DNA from: Myxococcota bacterium
Lineage (GTDB): Bacteria; Myxococcota_A; UBA9160; SZUA-336
DNA: 64,000 bases
NCBI GenBank assembly: GCA_965247115.1
Contig: CBDFGR010000002.1
Coordinates: 1,472,001 to 1,536,000 of the forward strand
Direction of reading: 5' to 3'
Part shown: positions 38,738 through 48,611 of the stretch, piece by piece
Layout of the letters: every line of letters begins with the position of its first letter
How positions within the stretch are numbered: the first letter of the stretch is position 1
Translations under genes and position numbers: made by a program
Notes under the pieces: generated by a model
Databases searched by the model: none
What the model saw: only the letters and a program-made list of their open reading frames with translations
What the model was told of the DNA's origin: nothing

Positions 38738-40617
38738 AGCCTCGCCTCGTGTAGGGCCCGTGTGGGAAGCAGCGGGCGAACAGCGTCGATGATCTCCTGA
38801 ACCTTGAAGGGTTGGCCCTGCACCTTGTTCAGGCCCTTTGCGTCGACCAGGAAGCGGTGCCGCAGGATCGAAAGCAGCTGGCCCATGTTGAGCTCCGCCA
38901 CGATCACGTTGCGGTAGCGGGACAGGAGCTCGCCCACGTTCGACTGCATGGGGTTCAGGTAGCGCAGGTGGAGATGCCCGACGTCCGCGCCCTCGCTGCG
39001 CAGCGCCGCGGCCGCCTGGTGCAGCGAGCCGAAGGTGCCACCCCAGCCGACCAGGAGTACGTCACCGTGCTCCGGACCGTCGATCTCCGCCAGCGGAATC
39101 CGGTGCGCGATGCGCTCGAGCTTGGCGTGTCGGACGCGGTTCATGTGCTCGTGGTTCAGCGGGTCGTACGAGACGTTTCCCGTCACGTCCTCTTTCTCCA
39201 GCCCTCCGATCCGGTGCTCGAGGCCCGGGGTGCCCGGCACCGCCCACGGGCGAACGAAATCGTCGTTGCGCAGGAACGGGTGGAATCCCTCGGGATCCAC
39301 GCAGTTCTCGGAGCGGATCGGCTCGAGCTGCTCGGGGTCAGGCAAGAGCCAGGGCTCCGAGCCGTTCGCGAGCGACGCGTCGGACAGGTAGACGACCGGC
39401 GTCATGAACTCGATGGCAAAGCGGACCGCCTGGATCATGACGTCGAAACAGTCGGCAGGCGTCGCGGGAGCCACCACGGCCACAGGGCAGTCGCTGTTCC
39501 GACCGACCAGCGCCTGCATCAGATCGCCCTGCTCGGGCTTGGTCGGCATCCCGGTCGAGGGTCCGGCCCGCTGCACGTCGACGATCAGGAGCGGGAGCTC
39601 CGTCACGACCGCGAGCGCGATCCCCTCCTGCTTGAGCGTGAACCCGGGCCCGGAGGTTCCAGTCGCCCCCAGGACACCTCCAAACGAGGCGCCGATCGCT
39701 GCCGTCACGGCCGCGATCTCGTCCTCGGCCTGGAACGCGGTCACTCCGTAGCGGCCGTATCCCGAGAGGTGGTGCAGGATGTCGGAGGCGGGGGTGATCG
39801 GATAGCTCGCGTAGAAGATCTTGCGGCCCGCGAGCTGTCCCGCGGCCACGATGCCGAGCGCGGCGGCCTCGTTCCCCGTCACGTGGCGGTAGGGTCCCGG
39901 CTCGAGCTTGGCCGGCGGGACCCGATAGGTCGCGTCCACGAGCTCCGCCGTCTCACCAAAGTGGAAGCCCGTCAGGAAGACCTTGGCGTTCGACTCGGCG
40001 ATCTCCGGTCGACGAGCGAACTTGGCTCGAATGGCCTCGACCTCGGGCTCGGGATCGCGGTTGTAGAGCCAGAACACGACGCCCAACGCAAACATATTTC
40101 GCGTCCGCTGCGTGTCCTTGGTCGATAGCCCACTGCCCTTGAGGGCTGCCGTCACGTGCTTGGAGAAGTCGATCTCGATCACGCGGTAGTCGGCGAGGCT
40201 CCCGTCCTCGAGCGGGCTTTTCTCGTAGCCTGCCAGCTCGAGGTTGCGCTTCTTGAACGACGAGTTGTCGACCAGAAGCATACCGCCGGGAATCAGGTCT
40301 GCGATGTTCGTCCTGAGCGCCGCGGGATTCATGGCCACGAGCACGTCGGGGGCGTCGCCAGCAGTAAATATTTCGTTGCTGGAGAACTGCAGCTGGAAGC
40401 CGGAGACGCCAGCGAGACTCCCCGCGGGCGCGCGGATCTCCGCGGGGAAGTCCGGGAACGTGGCGATGTCATTGCCGAACAACGCCGCCGAGCGCGTGAA
40501 CTCCGTCCCCGTGAGCTGCATCCCGTCACCCGAGTCGCCCACGAAGCGGACTACTACGGAGTCGAGCTCCTGGATGCGCGGATCGCCGACTTCGTCCGGG
40601 CCGTTCGGTTTTGTCAT
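38734..40617 (-). CDS. korA: 2-oxoacid:ferredoxin oxidoreductase alpha subunit (gamma-fused)
   Basis: GDSGDGMQLTG, YPITPAS, QAEDEIAA and QRAGPSTGMPTK. Confidence 0.92.
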   Translation of the reverse strand: MTKPNGPDEVGDPRIQELDSVVVRFVGDSGDGMQLTGTEFTRSAALFGNDIATFPDFPAEIRAPAGSLAGVSGFQLQFSSNEIFTAGDAPDVLVAMNPAALRTNIADLIPGGMLLVDNSSFKKRNLELAGYEKSPLEDGSLADYRVIEIDFSKHVTAALKGSGLSTKDTQRTRNMFALGVVFWLYNRDPEPEVEAIRAKFARRPEIAESNAKVFLTGFHFGETAELVDATYRVPPAKLEPGPYRHVTGNEAAALGIVAAGQLAGRKIFYASYPITPASDILHHLSGYGRYGVTAFQAEDEIAAVTAAIGASFGGVLGATGTSGPGFTLKQEGIALAVVTELPLLIVDVQRAGPSTGMPTKPEQGDLMQALVGRNSDCPVAVVAPATPADCFDVMIQAVRFAIEFMTPVVYLSDASLANGSEPWLLPDPEQLEPIRSENCVDPEGFHPFLRNDDFVRPWAVPGTPGLEHRIGGLEKEDVTGNVSYDPLNHEHMNRVRHAKLERIAHRIPLAEIDGPEHGDVLLVGWGGTFGSLHQAAAALRSEGADVGHLHLRYLNPMQSNVGELLSRYRNVIVAELNMGQLLSILRHRFLVDAKGLNKVQGQPFKVQEIIDAVRPLLPTRALHEARL

Positions 40618-40625
40618 CGCCTTTC

Positions 40626-41132
40626 TCAGCCGCCGTACTTCTTCGGGATCTTGGCGGGATCAGGGGGAACGTTTAGAACTGCGTCCGGAAACATCGACAC
40701 GATGAACTGCACAATGTCTCGCATGGCGACGATGCCCACCGGCCGACGTTGCCCATCCACCAGCGGGATGTGTCGGAAGCCGCCCTCCGCCATCTCGTTC
40801 AACGCGAGTGCGAGCCTGTGTTCGGGTCGGAGCACATCGGGGTCAGCCGTCATGACCTCACCTACGGAGATCGTGGACGTGTTGATTTCCTCCTGCACGA
40901 TCCGGAGCAGATCGCGCTCGGTGAAGATACCCGCCAGCTTCCCGTCCTCAACTACCAGAACACAACCGGTGTGGTGCTCGTTCATGAGCCCGATCGCCTC
41001 TCGAACCGATAGCTCGCCCGAGACCTCGATCGGCTTCCTCGGGTCCAGTACCGAAATCGGCTCGTTCATGATCGCTCCCCGGAGCGAAGTGGAATCCTCG
41101 TCGTATGCTTCGGAAAACTCGCTCTCCACCAT
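40626..41132 (-). CDS. CBS-domain protein
   Basis: GKLAGIFTERD and GFRHIPLVD CBS pair; GGAGG RBS before ATG 41132. Confidence 0.85.
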   Translation of the reverse strand: MVESEFSEAYDEDSTSLRGAIMNEPISVLDPRKPIEVSGELSVREAIGLMNEHHTGCVLVVEDGKLAGIFTERDLLRIVQEEINTSTISVGEVMTADPDVLRPEHRLALALNEMAEGGFRHIPLVDGQRRPVGIVAMRDIVQFIVSMFPDAVLNVPPDPAKIPKKYGG

Positions 41133-41312
41133 GAAGGCCTCCCCGAGCCCCTCCGGGCAGTGCGAAAGAATCCGGCCAGTGGCTCCTGGCGTCGACCTGG
41201 AGCGTGTCCGCACCCGCTGGGAGGGGTCGTTTGCGCCTCCGCAGTCTACCCCATCCGCCAGAGCGCAACCCGAGATCGACCTAGACGCCGCGCCCGCTGG
41301 GTTGAGTACAGG

Positions 41313-41411
41313 GGCACTACTGCAAGCGCCGCGAAGACGGCGCGCGCAGCGAAGGCCGTAGGCCTGAGCGGAGGTGGGTGGCCGCGGCCGCCCGCGGCCG
41401 GGTCCCACAAG
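41313..41411 (-). repeat. REP-like palindromic repeat, copy 3
   Basis: Same orientation as copy 2, with substitutions concentrated in hairpin loops. Confidence 0.9.
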
Positions 41412-41422
41412 ACCCGATCCCA

Positions 41423-42421
41423 CTAGATTCGGAGCACGGCGGACCCGACCACGTCCCCTCGCTTCAGGCGCTGCAGCGCGACGTTCGCCTGCTCGAGCGG
41501 GAAGCTGGTCGTGACGGGTCGGATGGGGATCTCCGCGGCCACGGCGAGCAGCTCCGCCCCGTCCCGGCGGGTGTTCGCCGTCACGCTCGTCAGTGTTCGC
41601 TCCTGAAACAGCTCTCCCTGGTAGCTGAGCGCCGGCACGTCGCTCATGTGGATGCCGGCACAGGCCAGGGTTCCGCCCGGCGCCAGCGCTCGCAGCGCGA
41701 GCGGGACGAGCTCACCCACGGGGGCGAAGTTGATCGCCGAGTCCAGAGCGCACGGAGGCTCCTCCGACAGGCCGCCCGCCCAGGTCGCGCCGAGCTCGAG
41801 GGCAAGCTCGCGGTGTGACGCCTCTCTCGTCACCACGTAGACCTCGCAATTCCAGTGCCGCGCCACCTGCAGCGACAGGTGAGCCGAGGAGCCGAACCCG
41901 TACAGGCCCAGGCTGCAGCCGGGCCGCACCGCAGCCCGCCGCAGGGCGCGGTAGCCGATGATGCCCGCGCAAAGGAGAGGTGCAGCCTCTTCTGGGCTGA
42001 AGATCTCCGGAATGGCGTACGCGTACGCTTCCGGAACCGTCAGACGCTCGGCGTACCCACCGTCGACGTGCCAGCCGGTAAAGGTGGGCGCCTGGCACAG
42101 GTTCTCGCGTCCGCTCTGGCAGTAGGGGCAGAGGCGGCATGTGTCGTGGAGCCAGGCGACGCCCACCCGCGTACCAATCGGGAAGCGCGCGGCAGCGGAG
42201 CCACGAGCCGAGACGGTTCCCACGACCTGATGGCCGGGCACGACGCGCGGCTGTGCCTGGTCGAGCTCGCCCTCGATCAGGTGCAGATCGGTGCGGCAGA
42301 CGCCGCAGGTGGACACCTCGACAAGGATCTCGGCGGGACCCGGCTCCGGATCGGGGAGCGACTCGAGAACGAGCGGCGACCGCTCGATCGGGGCGGGGTC
42401 GTGCAACACCATCGCGCGCAT
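41423..42421 (-). CDS. Zinc-dependent alcohol dehydrogenase
   Basis: CGVCRTD, PGHQ, C..C..C.......C structural Zn site and GFGSSA. Confidence 0.9.
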   Translation of the reverse strand: MRAMVLHDPAPIERSPLVLESLPDPEPGPAEILVEVSTCGVCRTDLHLIEGELDQAQPRVVPGHQVVGTVSARGSAAARFPIGTRVGVAWLHDTCRLCPYCQSGRENLCQAPTFTGWHVDGGYAERLTVPEAYAYAIPEIFSPEEAAPLLCAGIIGYRALRRAAVRPGCSLGLYGFGSSAHLSLQVARHWNCEVYVVTREASHRELALELGATWAGGLSEEPPCALDSAINFAPVGELVPLALRALAPGGTLACAGIHMSDVPALSYQGELFQERTLTSVTANTRRDGAELLAVAAEIPIRPVTTSFPLEQANVALQRLKRGDVVGSAVLRI

Positions 42422-42471
42422 CTGCGCCCGCCAGCTTGCCACACGAGCCCGCCGTGGGAACACTCGGCCGT

Positions 42472-43185
42472 GTGAATCTCATCCTGCTCGATCCCGAGGA
42501 CTTCGTGTCCCGAGACCGTGTGCGGCTCACGGGTCGACGCCTGGACCACGTGCGCCACGTGTGCCGCGCCAGCGTGGGCGAGAGTCTGCGCGTGGGCGAG
42601 GTTGGCGGCATGCTCGGCTCCGGTCGCGTCCTGAGCCTGGCTGAGCAAGCCCTCGAGCTCGAGGTCAGGCTCGATCAGGCCCCCCCGGCGCCGCTCGCGG
42701 TCACCCTGGCCGTGGCCCTGCCGCGGCCGCCGGCTCTGCGCAGGCTACTGCAGCAGGCAACTGCGCTAGGGGTCAAGCGCATCCTGCTCTTTCACAGCAG
42801 GCGGGTGGAGAAGAGCTACTGGCAGAGCCATGGGCTCGAGAGCGCGGCCATCGAGATGCAGCTGCGGCTCGGCCTGGAGCAGGCGCGCGACACGATCCTA
42901 CCCGAGGTCGGAACCCGCCGACGCTTCCGGCCCTTCGCCGAGGACGAGGTCCCGGAGCTGGCGAAAGTGGGCGCCGTCCTCGTGGCCGACCCGGGCGCCG
43001 CGCAGCTCACCGCTCCGGCTGATCCCGGCCAACCCTCGACGCTGATCGTCGGGCCGGAGGGGGGACTCGTGCCGTTCGAGCTCGAGCTACTGACGACGAG
43101 TGGCGCGCGCCTGCTGGGACTGGGCGAGCGCGTGCTTCGCGTGGAGACGGCCGTCGTGGCACTCCTCGCGCGCCTCGCGCTATAG
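42472..43185 (+). CDS. rsmE: 16S rRNA (uracil1498-N3)-methyltransferase
   Basis: VEKSYWQS, EQARD, VGPEGG and LGERVLRVETA SPOUT motifs. Confidence 0.9.
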   Translation: MNLILLDPEDFVSRDRVRLTGRRLDHVRHVCRASVGESLRVGEVGGMLGSGRVLSLAEQALELEVRLDQAPPAPLAVTLAVALPRPPALRRLLQQATALGVKRILLFHSRRVEKSYWQSHGLESAAIEMQLRLGLEQARDTILPEVGTRRRFRPFAEDEVPELAKVGAVLVADPGAAQLTAPADPGQPSTLIVGPEGGLVPFELELLTTSGARLLGLGERVLRVETAVVALLARLAL

Positions 43186-43194
43186 ACAGGGACC

Positions 43195-44499
43195 ATGGAC
43201 ACGATGGAGAAGCTCGTCGCGCTCTGCCTCAACCGAGGCTTCATCTATCCCTCGAGCGAGATCTACGGGGGAATCGCGGGATTCTGGGACTACGGCCCCC
43301 TGGGAACGGAGCTGCGCAGCAACCTCAAGGCCGCCTGGTGGAACCGCATGGTGCGCGAGCGCGACGACGTCGTGGGCCTCGACTCCTCCATCATCGCGAA
43401 CCCCGAAGCCTGGGTCGCCTCCGGTCACGTCGCGAACTTCAATGATCCGATGGTCGATTGCAGAAGCTGCAAGCGCCGCTTCCGCCCCGATCAGATCGAC
43501 GCGAACGACCGCTGCAGCGAGTCGGAGAACGGCGAGCACGACCTGACCGAGCCCAGACAGTTCAACCTGATGCTCCGGACGCACGTCGGCGCCTCGGAGG
43601 ACTCGACCACGCAAGCGTACCTGCGCGGCGAGACCTGCCAGTCGATCTTTCTCGACTTCAAACGCGTGATGCAATCGAGCCGACTCAAGCCGCCCTTTGG
43701 CATCGCACAGATCGGAAAGGCGTTCCGCAACGAGATCACGCCAAGAAACTTCATCTTCCGCTCTCGCGAGTTCGAGCAGATGGAGCTGGAGTTCTTCACG
43801 CCTCCGTCGGATGCTCTCTCCTGGTTCGAACGCTGGCGCGAGCAGCGCTGGCAGTGGCATCTAGAGATCGGGCTCCCCGAGAGCAAGCTGCACTGGCACG
43901 AGCACGGTCCCGACGAGCTCGCCCACTACGCGAAGCTGGCTTTCGACATAGTGTTTGACTTCCCATTTGGTCGCCACGAGCTGGAGGGTACGCACTACCG
44001 GGGCGACTACGATCTCGCCGCACACGGCGAGCACTCCGGCAAAGACCAGTCGTATACGGATCCCGAGACCCGCGAGCGCTACCTCCCTCACGTCGTGGAG
44101 ACATCCGTCGGTGTCGACCGCTGCATGCTGGCGTTGCTCACGAGCGCATACTCGGAAGACGAGGTCGCCGGAGACAAGCGCGTTGTGCTACGGCTAGCGC
44201 CGCAGATCGCCCCGGTCAAGGTGGGCCTGCTGCCACTCTCGAAGAAGCTGGCAGAGCCGGTCCAGAAGCTCGCGGTCGAGCTGCGAAGACGCTTTCATGT
44301 CGCCTTCGACAGCACGGCCAGCATCGGCAAGCGCTACCGACGGCAGGACGAGATCGGGACGCCGTATTGCGTGACCTACGACTTTGAGTCGGAGACCGAC
44401 CAGATGGTCACCGTGCGAGAGCGAGACTCGACGGAGCAAGAGCGCATTGGGCTAAGCCAAGTGGCGACGTACTTGAGCGACAAGATCTTCGGAACGTGA
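43195..44499 (+). CDS. glyQS: Glycine--tRNA ligase, alpha2 (homodimeric) type
   Basis: SSEIYGG, YLRGETCQ, GKAFRNEITP, FRSREFEQME and SIGKRYRRQDEIGTP. Confidence 0.93.
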   Translation: MDTMEKLVALCLNRGFIYPSSEIYGGIAGFWDYGPLGTELRSNLKAAWWNRMVRERDDVVGLDSSIIANPEAWVASGHVANFNDPMVDCRSCKRRFRPDQIDANDRCSESENGEHDLTEPRQFNLMLRTHVGASEDSTTQAYLRGETCQSIFLDFKRVMQSSRLKPPFGIAQIGKAFRNEITPRNFIFRSREFEQMELEFFTPPSDALSWFERWREQRWQWHLEIGLPESKLHWHEHGPDELAHYAKLAFDIVFDFPFGRHELEGTHYRGDYDLAAHGEHSGKDQSYTDPETRERYLPHVVETSVGVDRCMLALLTSAYSEDEVAGDKRVVLRLAPQIAPVKVGLLPLSKKLAEPVQKLAVELRRRFHVAFDSTASIGKRYRRQDEIGTPYCVTYDFESETDQMVTVRERDSTEQERIGLSQVATYLSDKIFGT

Positions 44500-44545
44500 G
44501 TCGGGCGGGGCGCGCCCGTCGCGAGCTTCGTCTTCCTCTGCGCGC

Positions 44546-45652
44546 TCAGTACTGGATCACGCTGCGGATGACCTCGCCAGCGTGCATCAGCTCGAAGGCG
44601 TCGTTTATTTTCTCGAGCGGCAGCGTCGCCGTGATCAGCTCGTCGATCTTGATGCGGCCGCTCATATAGCGATCGACGAAGCCCGGCAGCTGCGTGCGCC
44701 CGCGGGTCCCACCAAAGGCGCTGCCCCGCCACGAACGGCCCGTGACGAGGAGGAATGGCCGTGCCCTGATCTCTTCGCCGGCGCCGGCCACACCGATGAT
44801 GATCGCCTCTCCCCAGCCGCGATGTGTGCAGGCCAGCGCGGCGCTCATCACGTCGGTTCGACCGATGCATTCGAAGGAGTAATCGACCCCGCCATCGGTC
44901 ATGTCGACGATCGCGCCTGCGACGTCCTCCACTTCGCTCGGGTTCAGGAAGTCCGTCGCGCCGAGCTTCTCCGCCAGCTCGAACTTCTTCGGGTTGGTGT
45001 CGACGCCAACGATTCGCTCAGCCCCAGCGAGCACGGAGCCCTGGACGACGGAGAGACCGACGCCCCCCAGCCCGAACACCGCCACACTTGAGCCTGGCTC
45101 CACCTTCGCGGTGTGCAGGACAGCACCGATGCCGGTGGTGATCCCGCAACCGAGGAGACAGATTTTCTCGAGCGGCGCGTCCTTGCGCACCCTGGCGAGC
45201 GCGATCTCGGGCACCACACAGTACTCTCCGAACGTGGAGGTGCCCATGAAGTGGTGGATCAGCGTTCCCGATTGGGACAACCGACTCGTCCCGTCGGGCA
45301 TCAAGCCCTGACCCTGGGTGGCGCGAATACGGGCGCACAAGTTCGTTCTGCCCGAGAGGCAGAACTTGCAGTCCCTACACTCGGGAATGTAGAGCGGGAT
45401 GACGTGATCGCCGACCTCGACCGAGCGCACCCCGGTCCCCAGCTCCTCGACCACCCCTGCGCCCTCGTGACCCAGGACCGCGGGGAACACGCCCTCGGGA
45501 TCGGCGCCACTCAGCGTGTAGGCATCTGTGTGGCAGACGCCGGTCGCAGCGAGGCGCACCAGGCATTCGCCCTCACGAGGGCCGTCGAGCTCGACCTCCT
45601 CGACCTCGAGCGGATGTCCCGCCTCCCACGCAACCGCGGCCTTGATCCTCAC
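44546..45652 (-). CDS. frmA: S-(hydroxymethyl)glutathione dehydrogenase / class III alcohol dehydrogenase
   Basis: GVCHTDAYTLSGADPEG, GHEG, FMGTSTF and TGRSWRGSAFGG; start at GTG 45652. Confidence 0.93.
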   Translation of the reverse strand: MRIKAAVAWEAGHPLEVEEVELDGPREGECLVRLAATGVCHTDAYTLSGADPEGVFPAVLGHEGAGVVEELGTGVRSVEVGDHVIPLYIPECRDCKFCLSGRTNLCARIRATQGQGLMPDGTSRLSQSGTLIHHFMGTSTFGEYCVVPEIALARVRKDAPLEKICLLGCGITTGIGAVLHTAKVEPGSSVAVFGLGGVGLSVVQGSVLAGAERIVGVDTNPKKFELAEKLGATDFLNPSEVEDVAGAIVDMTDGGVDYSFECIGRTDVMSAALACTHRGWGEAIIIGVAGAGEEIRARPFLLVTGRSWRGSAFGGTRGRTQLPGFVDRYMSGRIKIDELITATLPLEKINDAFELMHAGEVIRSVIQY

Positions 45653-45780
45653 GTCTCTGGGCCCCCTCCAAAGCAACGCTCGCAGCAGTATACTTACAGA
45701 TGGGCGCTTTGACGGAAATATCACAATCTCTGAGGTTCGAGGGGTACAGGGCAGGTCTGCAACCGGCTACTCTGCCACGC

Positions 45781-46836
45781 ATGCGTGAGAAGCGTGTTCT
45801 CGGCGACGCGATCGGCGTCCTCCCGACGGATTGCTACGACAACCCGACCTGGAAGGGTGTGGCCTGGCTGCTGCGCGACCTCGTCATCTACGCGACAGTG
45901 GTGATCGCGCTGGTGGCAGCCGATTCGATCTTCCTGGTCGTCCCGCTGTGGCTGCTCGCCTCGCTGAGCATCGCTGCGCTCTTCACTCTGGGACACGACG
46001 CTGCCCACGGTGCGCTGTTCCGCAGCGGGCGTCTGAACTACGTGCTCGGTCAGCTCGCGATGCTGCCCTCGCTGCATCTCTATGAGGCCTGGTGCTTCGG
46101 CCACAACCGGATCCACCACGGCCACACGACGCGCGAGAGCATGGACTACGTCTGGCACCCAGTGACGCCGCAGCAGTTCGCGGAGCTGTCCACCCGGCAA
46201 CGGCTCGCACACCGTCTGATGTGGTCGTGGATCGGCGGGGGAATCTACTACCTGCGCGACATCTGGTGGCGAAACATGGTGCACTTCACGCCCCCGAGCC
46301 GGATTGCGGGCAAGGTCCGCCGCGATCGGATCGTCGTGGGGACGTTCTTCGCCGCCGCGAGCCTGGCTCTGTTCGGGCTCGGCGCATCGCTCTCGGGGAC
46401 ACTTGGCGGCGCGCTCTGGATGTGGGTCAAGGTCTTCGGCGTGCCCTTCCTGCTCTGGAATTACTGCATCGGGATCGCCGTCTACGTCCACCACATCGCA
46501 CAGGACATCCCCTGGAAGAAGCGTCGTGACTGGACGAAGTTCACCGGGCAGGTCGAGGGCACGACCGTGCTCCATGTCCCGCGCTTCATTAACTTCTTCT
46601 TCCACAACATCTTTCTGCACGTTCCCCACCACGTGGACATGCGGATCCCCTTCTACGGCCTCCCCGAGGCTGTCGTCGCCCTGCGCGAGCATTTCGGCGA
46701 CGTCCTGCGCGAGCGCGAGTACCGCCTCCGCGACTACATCAAGACCACGCGCGCCTGCAAACTCTACGACTTCGAAGCCGGCGTCTGGCGCAACTATTCC
46801 GGCGAAGCCGCAGACCCCGCGACTGCCCAGGCCTAG
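45781..46836 (+). CDS. Membrane fatty acid desaturase (delta-12/omega-type His boxes)
   Basis: HDAAH, HNRIHH and HVPHH boxes with hydrophobic spans. Confidence 0.88.
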   Translation: MREKRVLGDAIGVLPTDCYDNPTWKGVAWLLRDLVIYATVVIALVAADSIFLVVPLWLLASLSIAALFTLGHDAAHGALFRSGRLNYVLGQLAMLPSLHLYEAWCFGHNRIHHGHTTRESMDYVWHPVTPQQFAELSTRQRLAHRLMWSWIGGGIYYLRDIWWRNMVHFTPPSRIAGKVRRDRIVVGTFFAAASLALFGLGASLSGTLGGALWMWVKVFGVPFLLWNYCIGIAVYVHHIAQDIPWKKRRDWTKFTGQVEGTTVLHVPRFINFFFHNIFLHVPHHVDMRIPFYGLPEAVVALREHFGDVLREREYRLRDYIKTTRACKLYDFEAGVWRNYSGEAADPATAQA

Positions 46837-46940
46837 GTCACCCGTCCCGCGACTGGAGCCCGAGACGAAGGGTGGGGTCCGCGCCCCGACCTCCCGGTCG
46901 GAGGCGTCTTCCGAGCGCTACAGATTTCCCGAGGAACGAC

Positions 46941-47639
46941 CTAGGCAGGAGAGGCCCGCGTCCCACCTGGCACCGCCGAGGGATCCAGAAGCCCGTGGCG
47001 TCGCCAGCCGACTCTCAGGAGCCAGGTGTGCGCGTTGGCGACTGGTCGAGGCCGCTCTACACGCTCGAGTCGAGCCGTACCTCTCTTCCACCCATCAAAC
47101 CACCGGCCCGAGGAGGCGGGATCCAGAGCCGTGCGCGCAGTTCGGCGATGCCGGGCCGCGTTGAGCAGTACGTACCGGATTGCATTCCGGACTTCGTGCG
47201 GCGTCTTCAGAACCCGCATGTGGTAGCGATCCGCCAGCAGCAAACCTCGCCACCCGAACGCCCGCCGCATCGCCCAGATCATCCTTCTGCTCAAGGACTT
47301 CATCCCACGACCGAGGGCGTGCTGATCCTTCGCCTCAACGATCAGGTGTGCGTGATCCCGCAAGAGAGCGTAGTGCACCAGCCGAAACTCGCCCCTGTCG
47401 CACCCACGAGTGGCGAGCGTATCCTCGAACGCTCGCACAAAGGCCGGAGCCCGTAGCGACGGAACTCCCTCGCGTACTCGCAGCGTCACGTGGCACGGAT
47501 GTCTCGACGGCAGCTTTGGCCGACTCCGATGCTGAACCAGGGGGTTTGGGCCAGGCTTGCGCCCAGCCCCCGTGCGCCGCCCGCCATGACGCGCGGGAGG
47601 CCGTAGATCAAGGGAGAGCTGTCTGTTTGATTGCGTCAC
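46941..47639 (-). mobile_element. HUH/Y1 tyrosine transposase (RAYT / IS200-like)
   Basis: HVTLR, DHAHLIVE (HUH), DRYH and catalytic RYVLLN; start at GTG 47639; no adjacent tnpB. Confidence 0.82.
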
Positions 47640-47677
47640 TCTATCACCGATAAGTGTAGAATAGGGCGTTCTAAGAA

Positions 47678-48238
47678 CGGGCCTTCGGCGAGTTTGGCCT
47701 GCCCCTGCGTGATCTTGACGGACAACGGGTCCCCTTTCGTGGCTCCGCGGGCTCACCGGCTCAGTGTGTGATGGAATGAGCCTCGGGATCCGCCCCGTTC
47801 GCATCGAGCCTGCCCACCCGGAGCAGAACGGGGCTCACGAGCGCATGCACCGGACCCTCAAGGCCGAGACCACGCATCCGCCTGCCGGAAACCGCGGCGT
47901 CCAGCAACGCCGCTTCAATCGCTTCCGGCAGATCTACAACGAGGAGCGGCCACACGAAGCGCTCGGTCAGGTCCCTCCTGCAAAGGTGTGTGGCGCCCTT
48001 CGGCTCGAGCCTTTCCCGAGCGGATCCCTCTTCCGGAGTATCCCGAACACTAGACAACAGAGTGTTACCCATGTTGCCGGTCTAACCGTTACCCATGTCC
48101 CGGGTTGAACAAAGATCGCCGCGCTAGAAGGCCCGCTTTATCGGGCTCGACGAGACCGAGGACGGGATCTGGTCGGTCTACTTCAGAGACGTCCTGCTCG
48201 GTCGCTACCACGAGGAAGAACGGAGGATCTTCTGGTAA
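47678..48238 (+). mobile_element. Degraded IS481-family transposase remnant with a misplaced terminal sequence
   Basis: FGLP..ILTDNGSPF (frameshifts and a stop), HPEQNGAHERMHRTLK, YNEERPHEALG, C-terminal IGLDETEDGIWSVYF..LLG; GTTACCCATGT repeated twice ending ...TGAACA at 48063-48111. Confidence 0.8.
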
Positions 48239-48323
48239 GGCCGGGCTCCTGCGAGCCTGTGTCTCGAAGCCAATGAATGCAAGTGGAATAGAGAAGAAAG
48301 ACAGACGGGCCGATCCAACGGAC

Positions 48324-48611
48324 CTAGCGAGGGGCTCCGGAGGTGCCGTGGGCGTCGCGGCGCGCGGCTTCGTCGACGTGGATGGGGATCTGGAGGACCT
48401 GGCTCGGATAGATGCGGGCCGGGTCTTTGATCTGGTCTCGGTTGAACTTGTAGATGACTGGCCAGAGGTAGGGGTCGGCGTAGATGTCCGGCTGGCCAGC
48501 GATCGACCAGAGGGATTCGCCGCTCTCCACCGTGTGCTCGATGGTCTCGGCTGCGTTCGCTGACAGCGTCGTCAGGGCCAGGATTCCTATGCTCGCGGCG
48601 AAGCTCCTCAC
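48324..48611 (-). CDS. Small exported LysM peptidoglycan-binding protein
   Basis: Signal peptide; HTVESGESLWSIA...WPVIYKFNRDQIKDPARIYPSQVLQIP; overlaps the aspS stop. Confidence 0.88.
   Translation of the reverse strand: MRSFAASIGILALTTLSANAAETIEHTVESGESLWSIAGQPDIYADPYLWPVIYKFNRDQIKDPARIYPSQVLQIPIHVDEAARRDAHGTSGAPR

Noticed and set aside
37079..41411. Repeats as a CRISPR array or integron attC sites
   Set aside because: Only three ~100-nt copies in mixed orientation with no regular spacers, no cas genes and no integron integrase.
46837..46940. REP copies or IS end hairpins flanking the Y1 transposase
   Set aside because: Only a short CCGACC/GGTCGG hairpin, with no similarity to the ~100-nt repeat family.
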